Shown: one piece after another, positions 7,090 to 15,964 of the stretch
Layout of the letters: the number at the start of each line of letters is the position of its first letter
Position numbering within the stretch: the stretch's first letter is position 1
IMG/VR virus record: IMGVR_UViG_3300010883_000006
Span: 1 to 64,000 of that record
Origin: a virus
Taxonomy: Duplodnaviria; Caudoviricetes
Strand: one strand, 5' to 3'
DNA: 64,000 nucleotides
Translations under genes and position numbers: made by a program
The notes under the pieces: model-generated
Databases searched by the model: none
Seen by the model: only the letters and a program-made list of their open reading frames with translations
What the model was told of the DNA's origin: nothing

Positions 7090-8000
7090 TTTAATAATTT
7101 TTTCATTCTAGTTATATATTCATTTATATTTTTAACTTTTAAAGGTGTTATATTACCTTGTTCACCCCTTAGTTGGCAATCAGATATAGTAGCGTATTTA
7201 CAATCTTTAGCTTTTGTACCACATTTTTTAAATTTACCATTCTTACATTTTTTACAGCAAGGAACGTTTTCCTTCTCCATTGGTTTTTCTATTTGACCTC
7301 TTTTAGTGTCATGTGTTACATCATCTACATCTTCATAATCTCCACCAGTAATGTCCACTTCCACTGGTAAGTCACCTATATCTTCTTGTCTTCCATCTTT
7401 AGTTAAAATACCACCTTGTGTCCATGCACTAGAAGAAATATATTGCCCAGAAGAACTAGTACTTGTCGCCCCACCTCCACCTGTACGAGAAGAAGCTTCT
7501 TGTTCAGTTATAGATTCTTTTATGTACTTATCCCACAGTTGAGACCCTTTTCTAACAAACTTATCTTTTATTCTTGTAGTGGACGGTATTGTTATGTCTG
7601 GAGTAAAAGGTATGTATTCTGTTAGATTAGTTCCTGCACAATTGGCATCTTCTAAAGCTATTATTAAAGAATTTTTAAGTTCAATAGTAGTGTCTGACGC
7701 AGTCATCTCTCCTATTTCGTCAATCTGGTCTAATAAACCATCAGTATCTAATAATTTATAAGCGTCCCATAATACACAGATTCTATTACTATCGATATAT
7801 TTTCTTATAACGACATCTATTTCTTTCATATCGTTTTCCGACACCCAACCAGTAATACCATCTAAATGGTCCGCTAATAATGATACGTCTTGTTGTAGTT
7901 TATTACGTCCAGTTTGTTCATTAATTGATGAACCGTAACTACCTTTATGAGATTCATGTAACCTTAAAATTCTATTTTTTTCTTCTTCGTTTGATTTCAT
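7086..8000 (-). CDS. Putative head-internal protein
   Basis: N-term EEEKNRILRLHES..INEQ, GATSTSSSGQY motif, Cys cluster, C-term INEYITRMKKLL. Confidence 0.55.
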   Translation of the reverse strand: MKSNEEEKNRILRLHESHKGSYGSSINEQTGRNKLQQDVSLLADHLDGITGWVSENDMKEIDVVIRKYIDSNRICVLWDAYKLLDTDGLLDQIDEIGEMTASDTTIELKNSLIIALEDANCAGTNLTEYIPFTPDITIPSTTRIKDKFVRKGSQLWDKYIKESITEQEASSRTGGGGATSTSSSGQYISSSAWTQGGILTKDGRQEDIGDLPVEVDITGGDYEDVDDVTHDTKRGQIEKPMEKENVPCCKKCKNGKFKKCGTKAKDCKYATISDCQLRGEQGNITPLKVKNINEYITRMKKLLK

Positions 8001-8008
8001 AATTAAAA

Positions 8009-8602
8009 TTATATTCCTTCTTCTTCTTCGGACTCCTCAGTGGTTTTTCTTTGTGATAAAATGTTTGCCCATTTTTTAGTGAATATTCCATAATATCTTT
8101 TTAACTTATCCAATAACTCAGTTAGTTCATCATCTATTTTTACCATATTTGCTCCACCTATGTAAACCCCGTTTACCTCACCTATCGTATAGAAAAATGA
8201 TAAATCAAATTTAACTAATTTACCAGACCATTCCACATTAGTTTTATATAGGTTTAAAGGACCGTAGTCCACCATATCTGAAACCTGTTCCACAAAGTCA
8301 TCCATAGTTTCTTGGAATGCTCCTTTTTCGTCATCAGTTAACTCTAGGTCCATGTCATCAATTCCGTGAGTAATAATTATACCCCCACTTACAGAATGCT
8401 CTTTTGTTTTTTCTTCCACTTCTTTACCCGTCTCTACCTCCACATCGGAATCTACTTGAGCTGTTTCATATTCTCCCTCTTCTTGTTCCACCATTAGATT
8501 ATTATGTTTTCTAGAAATTTCTAATAAATGTCGAATATTATCATAGGAATTATCATTATATTCTTGGTCTGTATGTCTTTTATTAAGTTTGGTCTTTTTC
8601 AT
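8009..8602 (-). CDS. Acidic hypothetical protein
   Basis: 197-aa ORF with an acidic linker after MVEQ. Confidence 0.65.
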   Translation of the reverse strand: MKKTKLNKRHTDQEYNDNSYDNIRHLLEISRKHNNLMVEQEEGEYETAQVDSDVEVETGKEVEEKTKEHSVSGGIIITHGIDDMDLELTDDEKGAFQETMDDFVEQVSDMVDYGPLNLYKTNVEWSGKLVKFDLSFFYTIGEVNGVYIGGANMVKIDDELTELLDKLKRYYGIFTKKWANILSQRKTTEESEEEEGI

Positions 8603-9203
8603 CTTTCTTTAATTGTTTTTTTAACTCCTCAAATTCAAATGCTGGGCTTAAATCAGTCCAGTGTTCGGTGTAGTTACTTCTAGAACAAACACCTTTAAAT
8701 CTTTTAATTCCTTCAACTTTAACATTATGTCCTACTAATACTTTTTCAATGTTTAACTCTTCACACAATTCACTTATGAGTTGACCTAACGATTCAAGTT
8801 GTTTATTTGTGTAGGTAGCCCAGAATTTTTTGTCTCTCCAATTCTTTTGGTATACTTTACCCTTATAAATATCCCCCACCCAGTTAGTGTACTGATTATT
8901 TAAAGGATTTAATTTTAGCCACCCCAGATTTTCCAACATAATCACCACACTCTGGTTATCGATTGTTTCGTCACCAAAAAACTCAGAGCTGTTGTTACTG
9001 GGAAAATTATTAATGATGTTACCATTTTTACTTAAAATATAGTGAGGTGATTTTTTATATTTACCCCCCATTCTTAGTTTTAATGATGTTAAATAATCTT
9101 GTAATCGCCTACTAGTGTGGCACAAGATAATCTGTGTCTTTTTCTGTTTTTCTTTATGATGAAATAACTTATATGTCTTTTTATTTTCTATCTGTTTTAT
9201 CAT
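8583..9203 (-). CDS. N-acetylmuramoyl-L-alanine amidase (Amidase_2/PGRP fold), possibly degenerate
   Basis: QIILCHTS, PHYILSKNGNI, SVVIMLEN, YTNKQLESL..L..EL, TDLSP motifs. Confidence 0.75.
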   Translation of the reverse strand: MIKQIENKKTYKLFHHKEKQKKTQIILCHTSRRLQDYLTSLKLRMGGKYKKSPHYILSKNGNIINNFPSNNSSEFFGDETIDNQSVVIMLENLGWLKLNPLNNQYTNWVGDIYKGKVYQKNWRDKKFWATYTNKQLESLGQLISELCEELNIEKVLVGHNVKVEGIKRFKGVCSRSNYTEHWTDLSPAFEFEELKKQLKKDEKDQT

Positions 9204-10497
9204 ACCTTAAAACTCTTTCTTTTTTTTCTGACTCTTCACCCTTCACTATTAATGTTTTAGTGGTGTCAGTTAATCTACTTAGTTCTTCAACTAATTCATC
9301 CCCATTTTTTAAATCATATCCTGGTACTTTTTTTTTGTCGACATAATCAATAGTATTAAGATAATTACCTATCTTAGTTAAGTCAACATCATTTTTAGAT
9401 TCTAAATAAAGTTCTTTTTCATAGTGCAGACCATCATTACCGTTTTGACCTATAATGTCCATCCTTTTGTTTGTGACCTCTTCTAGGTGTGTTGACACAC
9501 CCATTAGTGTTTTTGGGTAGGTTGAACTATCCATTGGTTCTTCTCTGATGACTTTTGCATAATCTTGCAAATCATTAAAGTGGTCCTTTTTCTGTTCTTC
9601 TAGAGTTTGTTCTTCTACTGGTACTGTAGGGTTAGGGTCTAAAGTTATTTTCTCTATGTGTTTATTTCTAGACACAAAATAATCCTCCTTTTCTGGTTTA
9701 TTTATTTTAGCGAATGCCATATTTGACGCAACTACCAGTGCTATAGCTAGTGGGTCAAATACAAATATAATAAGTAATAAGAACCAATTAACAACCTCGT
9801 TCATAGGTTTACCTGTTGTTTCTGCTAGATATTTAAGAGGACCTAATTCACTCTCTGCCTCATTAGATATCTCTTTGTCTAATAAAGCTAAATCAGTTCT
9901 ATTAATAGAATCCATTACAGATTCAATTTTAAGATTTAAACCGTCTCTATCTATAATTGTGGTTTTTAATTCTGCCTGTAATGCTCTTCTTGCTGAAGAA
10001 GATGATGTCGTAATAACTGTTTGAGAATTTTCATCCCAATACGACACTGATGTTGGACTTGATAATGATATTCGTAGGTCTGAAATTGACTTGTTTATTT
10101 GGGTCTTCTCAATCGTTAAATCTTCTTTTGTTTCTTGGAATCTAATTTGTTTTTGATTAAGTATTAAAAGTGACTTGTCAAGTAGTTCTGATTGATTTGC
10201 TGTTGATTGATACGCACCGGATAAGAACCCATAGATACCTCCGGAGGTAATTATCATTAAAACAAAACAGGCTATAGCCAAATACGACCTTAACCATTTA
10301 TTTATCGTATCCCAGTATTGATACAGGAGAGATGCAACAACAAGTTTAGCGAACTCTAAAGAACCTGCCATTATAATCACTTGTGTACTTGCACCCGCAA
10401 ATAATTTACTTAACCCGAAAACCGAATAAAAGGCTGCTGACCCAGATACTAGTAAAGCGGATAAAGCAATTAACGAAGGAAATAATATTTTTCTCAT
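9181..10497 (-). CDS. Multi-pass membrane protein with long coiled coil
   Basis: Three N-terminal TMs, a coiled coil, ELGPLKYLA, then a TM (WFLLLIIFVFDPLAIALVVA). Confidence 0.75.
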   Translation of the reverse strand: MRKILFPSLIALSALLVSGSAAFYSVFGLSKLFAGASTQVIIMAGSLEFAKLVVASLLYQYWDTINKWLRSYLAIACFVLMIITSGGIYGFLSGAYQSTANQSELLDKSLLILNQKQIRFQETKEDLTIEKTQINKSISDLRISLSSPTSVSYWDENSQTVITTSSSSARRALQAELKTTIIDRDGLNLKIESVMDSINRTDLALLDKEISNEAESELGPLKYLAETTGKPMNEVVNWFLLLIIFVFDPLAIALVVASNMAFAKINKPEKEDYFVSRNKHIEKITLDPNPTVPVEEQTLEEQKKDHFNDLQDYAKVIREEPMDSSTYPKTLMGVSTHLEEVTNKRMDIIGQNGNDGLHYEKELYLESKNDVDLTKIGNYLNTIDYVDKKKVPGYDLKNGDELVEELSRLTDTTKTLIVKGEESEKKERVLRYDKTDRK

Positions 10498-10509
10498 ACT
10501 TCTTTTTAT

Positions 10510-10518
10510 TATAAATAT
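10510..10518 (-). promoter_or_regulatory. ATATTTATA putative phage promoter
   Basis: 12 nt upstream of ATG 10497. Confidence 0.6.
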
Positions 10519-10521
10519 CTA

Positions 10522-11319
10522 CTATCCAATATAATCTAACAAGTCTCTACTTTCATTCCTTAATTTTCTTAAAGCTTTTTCTTTTATTTGTCTCACCCTT
10601 TCTTTAGTCAAACTAAAGTCTTTTCCTATCTCAGCCAAAGTTTTAGGTGTATCAAATAAACCAAAATAATCCTCAACTATCTTTTTTTCTCTATCGTCTA
10701 GTATCCCTAATATTTTTTTTAGTTCTAGTTTTAGTTGGTTTTTCCCGTCGAACATAGATTCTGGGTCTAAGGAGTCTTCGTTTTTTATTAGTTCCAACAA
10801 AGTGTCCCCTTCTTCATTAATAGGTTTGTCTAAGTTAACCATACTAGGTAATGTGGCTAATTTACCAGTTAATTCACTTCCATCTTGTTTAATTTGTTTT
10901 TTTGCTTTTTGTAAGTCTTGGACTACATTAGCAGGTAACCTAATAGTTCTAGAATGTTCGTTTAAACATTGTAGTATGGATTGTTTAATCCACCACACAG
11001 CGTACGATATAAATCTAAAACCTTTAGACCAATCAAAATGGTCAATTGCTTTAATCAACCCATAATTTCCTTCAGCTATTAAGTCAGGTAAGGGTATTCC
11101 TTGGTTTTGGTAGTCTTTGGCTACACTTATTACAAAACGTAGGTTTCCATCCACAAGTTCTTTACGGATAGTTTTATTTTGTTCAGGTGTTACCTTACCA
11201 CTTTGGATTATAGCCGATAGTTCTTTTTCCCTAGCGACCGTTAATATTTTTAATTTTCTAACATCCCTTAAGTAATGTTGTATTTCTTCTTGATTGATGT
11301 ATGGACCTTTTTTCTTCAT
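10522..11319 (-). CDS. rpoD: Sigma-70 family RNA polymerase sigma factor, Bacteroidota RpoD-like, lacking region 1.1
   Basis: GNLRFVISVAKDYQNQG..DLIAEGNYGLIKA..FD..KGFRFISYAVWWIKQSIL..RTIRLPAN; region 4 TLAEIG..F.LTKERVRQIKEKALRKLR. Confidence 0.92.
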   Translation of the reverse strand: MKKKGPYINQEEIQHYLRDVRKLKILTVAREKELSAIIQSGKVTPEQNKTIRKELVDGNLRFVISVAKDYQNQGIPLPDLIAEGNYGLIKAIDHFDWSKGFRFISYAVWWIKQSILQCLNEHSRTIRLPANVVQDLQKAKKQIKQDGSELTGKLATLPSMVNLDKPINEEGDTLLELIKNEDSLDPESMFDGKNQLKLELKKILGILDDREKKIVEDYFGLFDTPKTLAEIGKDFSLTKERVRQIKEKALRKLRNESRDLLDYIG

Positions 11320-11340
11320 GACTTTTTATTTTTAATTTAT

Positions 11341-11396
11341 ACAAATACTATACCGTGACACCATAACTGACATTTTGTCATTATGTTACAAAAATA
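11341..11396 (-). promoter_or_regulatory. Regulatory cassette: TAnnTTTG-like box, TGACA-N3-TGTCA palindrome, sigma54-like GG-N10-GT
   Basis: TATTTTTG at 11389-11396; palindrome at 11368-11380, extendable by CATAA/TTATG; GGTATAGTATTTGT at 11341-11354. Confidence 0.4.
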
Positions 11397-11419
11397 CTAA
11401 TTTTTGGTGGATTAAAGGG

Positions 11420-11938
11420 CTATTTTGACATATTTTTTAAAAAGTTCTTTTCGTCAGTGGTTAGAGACAAAATTCCTTCTTCATTAATTTTATCTAGTAC
11501 GTCGTCTAGTTTAAAATCATCTACTTTTTCTTCTTTTCTAACAGCTTCTATGAACTGTTCAGCAAAACCCTCCATCAATTCATTTATACGTGGTATCTTA
11601 TTATTTGTTTTACTTTTTGAGTTTTTTCCTGGCATAAAATGGAAAAGATGGTTACTTAATTCACTATCTAACCTATACCCCATATTTTTAGGTTTGTTAA
11701 TTAAAAAATACGATTCAAAAACATTACTTAGGTCATCATCAAAAAATTGATTTATTTCTTCTAGTGGTGCACGACTTTCAAAATAACAAATAATTAGGTT
11801 ATCATGGTGAATATACCTTAAATGGTCACTATCCATAACTAAAGATATCACTTCAGTTACTTCTTGAAGAACTGTTTCTATTTCTTTAAAGTCCCCCATT
11901 AAAAATAATAGGTATTTTTTCATACGTGGTTTATTCAT
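11420..11938 (-). CDS. Hypothetical protein with C-terminal DUF6576-like helical domain
   Basis: LDDVLDKINEEGILSLTTDEKNFL. Start moved from 12013 to ATG 11938 (or 11923) because the upstream part is AT-rich promoter sequence. Confidence 0.7.
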   Translation of the reverse strand: MNKPRMKKYLLFLMGDFKEIETVLQEVTEVISLVMDSDHLRYIHHDNLIICYFESRAPLEEINQFFDDDLSNVFESYFLINKPKNMGYRLDSELSNHLFHFMPGKNSKSKTNNKIPRINELMEGFAEQFIEAVRKEEKVDDFKLDDVLDKINEEGILSLTTDEKNFLKNMSK

Positions 11939-11966
11939 CTTATATATTTTATTATTAAATGTAACT

Positions 11967-11995
11967 ATATTTATATAAATAAACAAATATTTATA
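11967..11995 (+). promoter_or_regulatory. Two ATATTTATA copies, including perfect palindrome TATTTATATAAATA (possible bidirectional promoter)
   Basis: ATATTTATA at 11967-11975 and 11987-11995 (17 nt before ATG 12013); palindrome 11968-11981 lies between divergent genes. Confidence 0.6.
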
Positions 11996-12012
11996 ATAAA
12001 AACCTTTTACCA

Positions 12013-12405
12013 ATGAAAAATAAAAAAATAGTTAAATTAAGTGAGTCAGATTTATATCGTATCATAAATAAGGTGGTAAATGAAGACCAAATGGAGTACT
12101 GGTCCACTCAAGATGATGAAGGAAATAATGTAGATAAGCTTCCAGTAGATGATGTCTCTTTTGACTTATCAGATTCTGACTATGAGGATATTGCGGATTA
12201 TCAAGGTCCAAAAAGAAGGTTTAGAGGGTCAATCTATTATGACGGTATGGTTCCGGAAAGTGATGACGTTGAATACGATAGAGCTGTGGCTCAAAAAATA
12301 CTAGACTACGAAAGAAAGAAGTTAAAAAATATGGAAACATTCACTGGTGGTGTTGGTTTTAAAACGGGAAGTCTGTCTGACCCTTACGACAACATGGAAT
12401 TTTAA
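12013..12405 (+). CDS. Small acidic protein with N-terminal KKIVKLSESDLYRIINKVVNE motif (putative head-internal)
   Basis: Amphipathic N-terminal motif ending in V-N-E; has its own ATATTTATA. Confidence 0.7.
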   Translation: MKNKKIVKLSESDLYRIINKVVNEDQMEYWSTQDDEGNNVDKLPVDDVSFDLSDSDYEDIADYQGPKRRFRGSIYYDGMVPESDDVEYDRAVAQKILDYERKKLKNMETFTGGVGFKTGSLSDPYDNMEF

Positions 12406-14708
12406 ATAAGTTTAGATATATTATTTTCTTTTTTAACCGTAATACTCTGGTCACACCATTCTTTTATTAACGGGTTGTGTGAAATAACAAATATCCTTTC
12501 AAAGTAATCTTTTATTTTAATAAAGAACCTACCCATTAGTTCTAAATTTTCATCACTAACTTTACCAAAGGCCTCATCAAAACAAACCACATTAGGTTGT
12601 GGTAATGCACATACTTTGGCTAGTACCGCTCTTAAAGCAAGAGAAACAACTGTTTTTTCATAACCACTACCTGAAGACATCAACTTTTCTACACTTGTTT
12701 CATTGTCTATCATCCAAAACTCTAATTCATTTCTATCATTAATTCTAAGATTAAGGGTAAATTCCGCACTATCAGAGAGTAGTCTATTTAACTCACTGTT
12801 TAAGTAGGGTATAGTATTACGCAATACAAGTTTAGATATTCCATTCTTACCAAAAGCAATCATATAAGATTTAAATATTTTATCTACTTCTTCTTCTTTT
12901 TTTATTTCTAAAACACGAGACCCATTCTCTTCTATTTTTTTATAATTTTGTTCAACATTAAAAGTGTTTTTTTGTATGGTATAACTATTGTTACTTTTAT
13001 TTGCTGTCTCTGTTTCTATTTTAGTTTTTAAACTTAGTAAACTTTCTTCGATAGTTTTATTTTCCAGTAATTTATTTTTATTATCTTTCCAATCATTTAT
13101 CTTTTGTTTCTTTATGTTGATGTCTAATTTTAATTGTTCTACTTCCAGATTATTTTTAGTTTTTCTTAATTTATTTCTTTCAAATAAATCCCAATTAGAT
13201 TTTACACTTTCTAATTCTTTTATTTCTAAACCTATAACTACAATTTCTTTATCTAATTCACTTAAACTGTTTTTATTTTGATTTAGTTTACTTAGATTTT
13301 CTTCTATTTTACTTGTATTGTCTATGTCGTCCAATTTTCTTTTACATGTGGGACACGACTCACTTTCTTCTAAAGTTTTAATTAAAGTATTCAAGGTCAT
13401 CAAACTATTCTCATTAACTTTATAAGTTACTTGTTTATTTTGTAACTTGTTTTTTACTTCTTGATATGTTTTTTCGTTAAATTCGTCAGTTGGTGGTGTT
13501 AAATTAATTTCTTTACCTTTTTGTTCAGTACTAATGTGTTTAACCTCTAAGTCCTTTATTTCATTCTCTAACGACTCAGGGTTTAATATTATTAACTCTG
13601 GATTTATAGGGTGTCTCCTAGTAAGTAATAAATCTTTATCTTTATTTAAATCTGTAAGTTTTTTGCCTATCAGTTGGGATATCTCGGTTTTTTCTTTAAT
13701 GTCTTCCTCTAGCTCTTTGTTGGTTTTATTTAGTTCTTTTACTTCTTCTTCTAATGTTACCACATCATAAACATTGGATATTAGTCTTTTAGACCAAGCT
13801 GAGTACATTTCTTTACATGTCGCTTCTTTTTTCTTTAAATGTTCTAGACCGATAAACCTAGTTAGCACCTCCCCTCTTTGTGTTGGTTTCGCATCAATCA
13901 GTGATTCTAAATTGTTGGATGTGGACAATATTGTCAGTAGAAAGTCGTCCATTGTCCCAATAGATTTTTTTATAAACTCCTCTGTCTCTCTACGTTGTTC
14001 ACCTTGTAAATTTTGTAAGGTACCGTCTGATAGTCTTTTACTGAAGTTTAAATCAGTCCTTACAGACCACTCTTGTTTTTTTGTTAATTTCCTTACAATT
14101 CCACGTTCTATTATGTAATCCTCACCATCAATTTCTACCTCACCCAAAACTAAAACCCTATTTTTATCAGTAAATTTATTAAATACGTCAATAGCTTTAT
14201 GGGATTTTGTTGTGGCGTTAAAAAATAAAAACAGTAGTAGGTCAACAGTCACTGTTGTTTTGCCCCCGAAATTAGACGGTTGTGAATCTATCCCTGTAAT
14301 CCCATTATACTTGGTGAAGTCTATTTTATTGTTTTCCCCAAAAGAAAGGAAATTGTGGAATTCTACCCATTTAATTTTCCATTTTTTATTTCTACCTAAA
14401 TCGGCAGATTCTATCTTTTCTTCTACTTTATTATCTAAACGAATAATTTTGTCCCAATCAACAGACACACCTTGTTCTTCTAGAAATTCCTTTATTAGTG
14501 TTCTCTGGTATGCGGCATCTAAAATATTGTCAGTTGTAACACTAATGTCGTTTTTACTGTCAAATCCCTTTATCTTAGTGACTAGGTTTACTCTTTCGGA
14601 ATTATACTTTTTTCTAAAGTAGTTTCTTACCCTTTTAAGTTTTTCTTGGGTAAAATTTTCCGGACTATCCTCCCAAGTTACTTTTATATGTGGATTATTA
14701 TATTTCAT
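12402..14708 (-). CDS. sbcC: SbcC/Rad50 (gp46-like) ATPase with extra ~105-aa N-terminal domain
   Basis: WVEFHNFLSFG, Walker A SNFGGKTT, coiled coil with CPTC zinc hook, signature SSGSGYEK, Walker B VVCFDEAFG, VISH. Confidence 0.9.
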   Translation of the reverse strand: MKYNNPHIKVTWEDSPENFTQEKLKRVRNYFRKKYNSERVNLVTKIKGFDSKNDISVTTDNILDAAYQRTLIKEFLEEQGVSVDWDKIIRLDNKVEEKIESADLGRNKKWKIKWVEFHNFLSFGENNKIDFTKYNGITGIDSQPSNFGGKTTVTVDLLLFLFFNATTKSHKAIDVFNKFTDKNRVLVLGEVEIDGEDYIIERGIVRKLTKKQEWSVRTDLNFSKRLSDGTLQNLQGEQRRETEEFIKKSIGTMDDFLLTILSTSNNLESLIDAKPTQRGEVLTRFIGLEHLKKKEATCKEMYSAWSKRLISNVYDVVTLEEEVKELNKTNKELEEDIKEKTEISQLIGKKLTDLNKDKDLLLTRRHPINPELIILNPESLENEIKDLEVKHISTEQKGKEINLTPPTDEFNEKTYQEVKNKLQNKQVTYKVNENSLMTLNTLIKTLEESESCPTCKRKLDDIDNTSKIEENLSKLNQNKNSLSELDKEIVVIGLEIKELESVKSNWDLFERNKLRKTKNNLEVEQLKLDINIKKQKINDWKDNKNKLLENKTIEESLLSLKTKIETETANKSNNSYTIQKNTFNVEQNYKKIEENGSRVLEIKKEEEVDKIFKSYMIAFGKNGISKLVLRNTIPYLNSELNRLLSDSAEFTLNLRINDRNELEFWMIDNETSVEKLMSSGSGYEKTVVSLALRAVLAKVCALPQPNVVCFDEAFGKVSDENLELMGRFFIKIKDYFERIFVISHNPLIKEWCDQSITVKKENNISKLI

Positions 14709-15678
14709 CTATTCTTTTTGCTTTGTCATCAATAACTAAATCAAATCCGGGTTTTTTATCACCAACTTGTAGTTCGGTAAATAAACATCCCCATCTTTTT
14801 AAAGAATCATACGTTAATTTTCTTATATATTCCATTCTGTGTGGATTATTAGGTTGTGATGAACCTCTAGAAGTCCAATAAACCACATTCCAACCATCTT
14901 TATGTAACTTATTAATTTTTTTTATGTTCTTATATGAAGGCATAGCCTTTTCATATATTCTTATATTATTTTTATAAAAACATATAGTTTCATCTACATC
15001 TACAAGTGCCGTCTTAACTGTCTGAGAAAATTTATTGTGTTCTTCTAATTCTTTCTTTTTATTTTTCATCTTCCTATATAAGTTCTTTAAGAAAGATTGT
15101 CTATGGTAAACAGTGTGACCTTCACTTAGAATAGCTCTTGTATGGTCAGCAGTCCCATACCCTTTATTCTCATTCCACTTATATTCTGGATGTTTTTTAG
15201 AAAGTTTAATCATGTGTTCATCCCTTTCAGTTTTTGCTAAAATAGAAGCTGCCGCTATTGAGTATATTTTGGAGTCACCTTTTACAACACATGTATGTTG
15301 GACATTTTTATATTTTTTAAAAACGTTTCCATCCATTAGTATCACATCAAAATTAGTTTTTAACTTTTTTAAACACCTGTGTACAGCTAGCATTGTAGCT
15401 TTTTGTACATTTATTTTATCGATTACCTTAGGGCTTACCGAACTAACTGTCCAAGCTATAGCATTTTTCTTAATTATTTCTCTAGCTATTTTTCTTTGGT
15501 TTGGTGTTAGTTTTTTACTGTCCCTTATTAGTTTATGGGAAAATCCGGGTTTTAGTATTACGGCTGCGGCAAATAAGGGTCCCGCCCATGGACCTCTTCC
15601 TGCTTCATCACACCCAACCTCTACCTTATCTTTATGTAAGAAGGTCTTCATCTTCTTTTTTTGGTTTATTTTCTTCAT
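14698..15678 (-). CDS. rnhB: RNase HII fused to a C-terminal HAD-family phosphatase
   Basis: GCDEAGRGPWAGP, DSKKL, MDGN, KGD..YSIAAASILAK, NKGYGT..H, HRQSF; C-term LVDVDETI, YWTSRG, KP..DLVIDDKA. Confidence 0.88.
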   Translation of the reverse strand: MKKINQKKKMKTFLHKDKVEVGCDEAGRGPWAGPLFAAAVILKPGFSHKLIRDSKKLTPNQRKIAREIIKKNAIAWTVSSVSPKVIDKINVQKATMLAVHRCLKKLKTNFDVILMDGNVFKKYKNVQHTCVVKGDSKIYSIAAASILAKTERDEHMIKLSKKHPEYKWNENKGYGTADHTRAILSEGHTVYHRQSFLKNLYRKMKNKKKELEEHNKFSQTVKTALVDVDETICFYKNNIRIYEKAMPSYKNIKKINKLHKDGWNVVYWTSRGSSQPNNPHRMEYIRKLTYDSLKRWGCLFTELQVGDKKPGFDLVIDDKAKRIDEI

Positions 15679-15961
15679 ACCATTCTACAATTGCGTTAAT
15701 AGCCCACACTCCACCACTAGCTAACATACCATCAAAAAATATATTTGTGTAAGGTATGGTAATAAGTTTTAGTGTGGGTGAAAAAAATGTCAGGGAAAAG
15801 AAAAATCCTACCCATGTTGAGGTGCACATCATACATTGTATTAGGTCCCCAAAAAACTTTGAGTGTTTTATTATCCAATTTCTCAAATTATTAAATATGC
15901 TACCAAATACTAATATTTGTGACATTCCGTAAGCTGCTACAATCCAAATTATAATTTCCAT
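15632..15961 (-). CDS. Small membrane protein with CxxC-x3-W (DUF1360-like)
   Basis: Hydrophobic helices plus LIQCMMCTSTWVGFF. Confidence 0.6.
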   Translation of the reverse strand: MEIIIWIVAAYGMSQILVFGSIFNNLRNWIIKHSKFFGDLIQCMMCTSTWVGFFFSLTFFSPTLKLITIPYTNIFFDGMLASGGVWAINAIVEWYEENKPKKEDEDLLT

Positions 15962-15964
15962 TTT

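Noticed and set aside
11939-12013. N-terminal extension of ORF 11420..12013 from a TTG start
   Set aside because: The region is AT-rich promoter DNA holding the palindrome; ATG 11938 or 11923 is more plausible.
12988-14622. Many plus-strand ORFs of 60-170 aa here and throughout the window
   Set aside because: They are antisense shadows of long minus-strand genes, with Ser/Phe/Leu-rich composition and no motifs.
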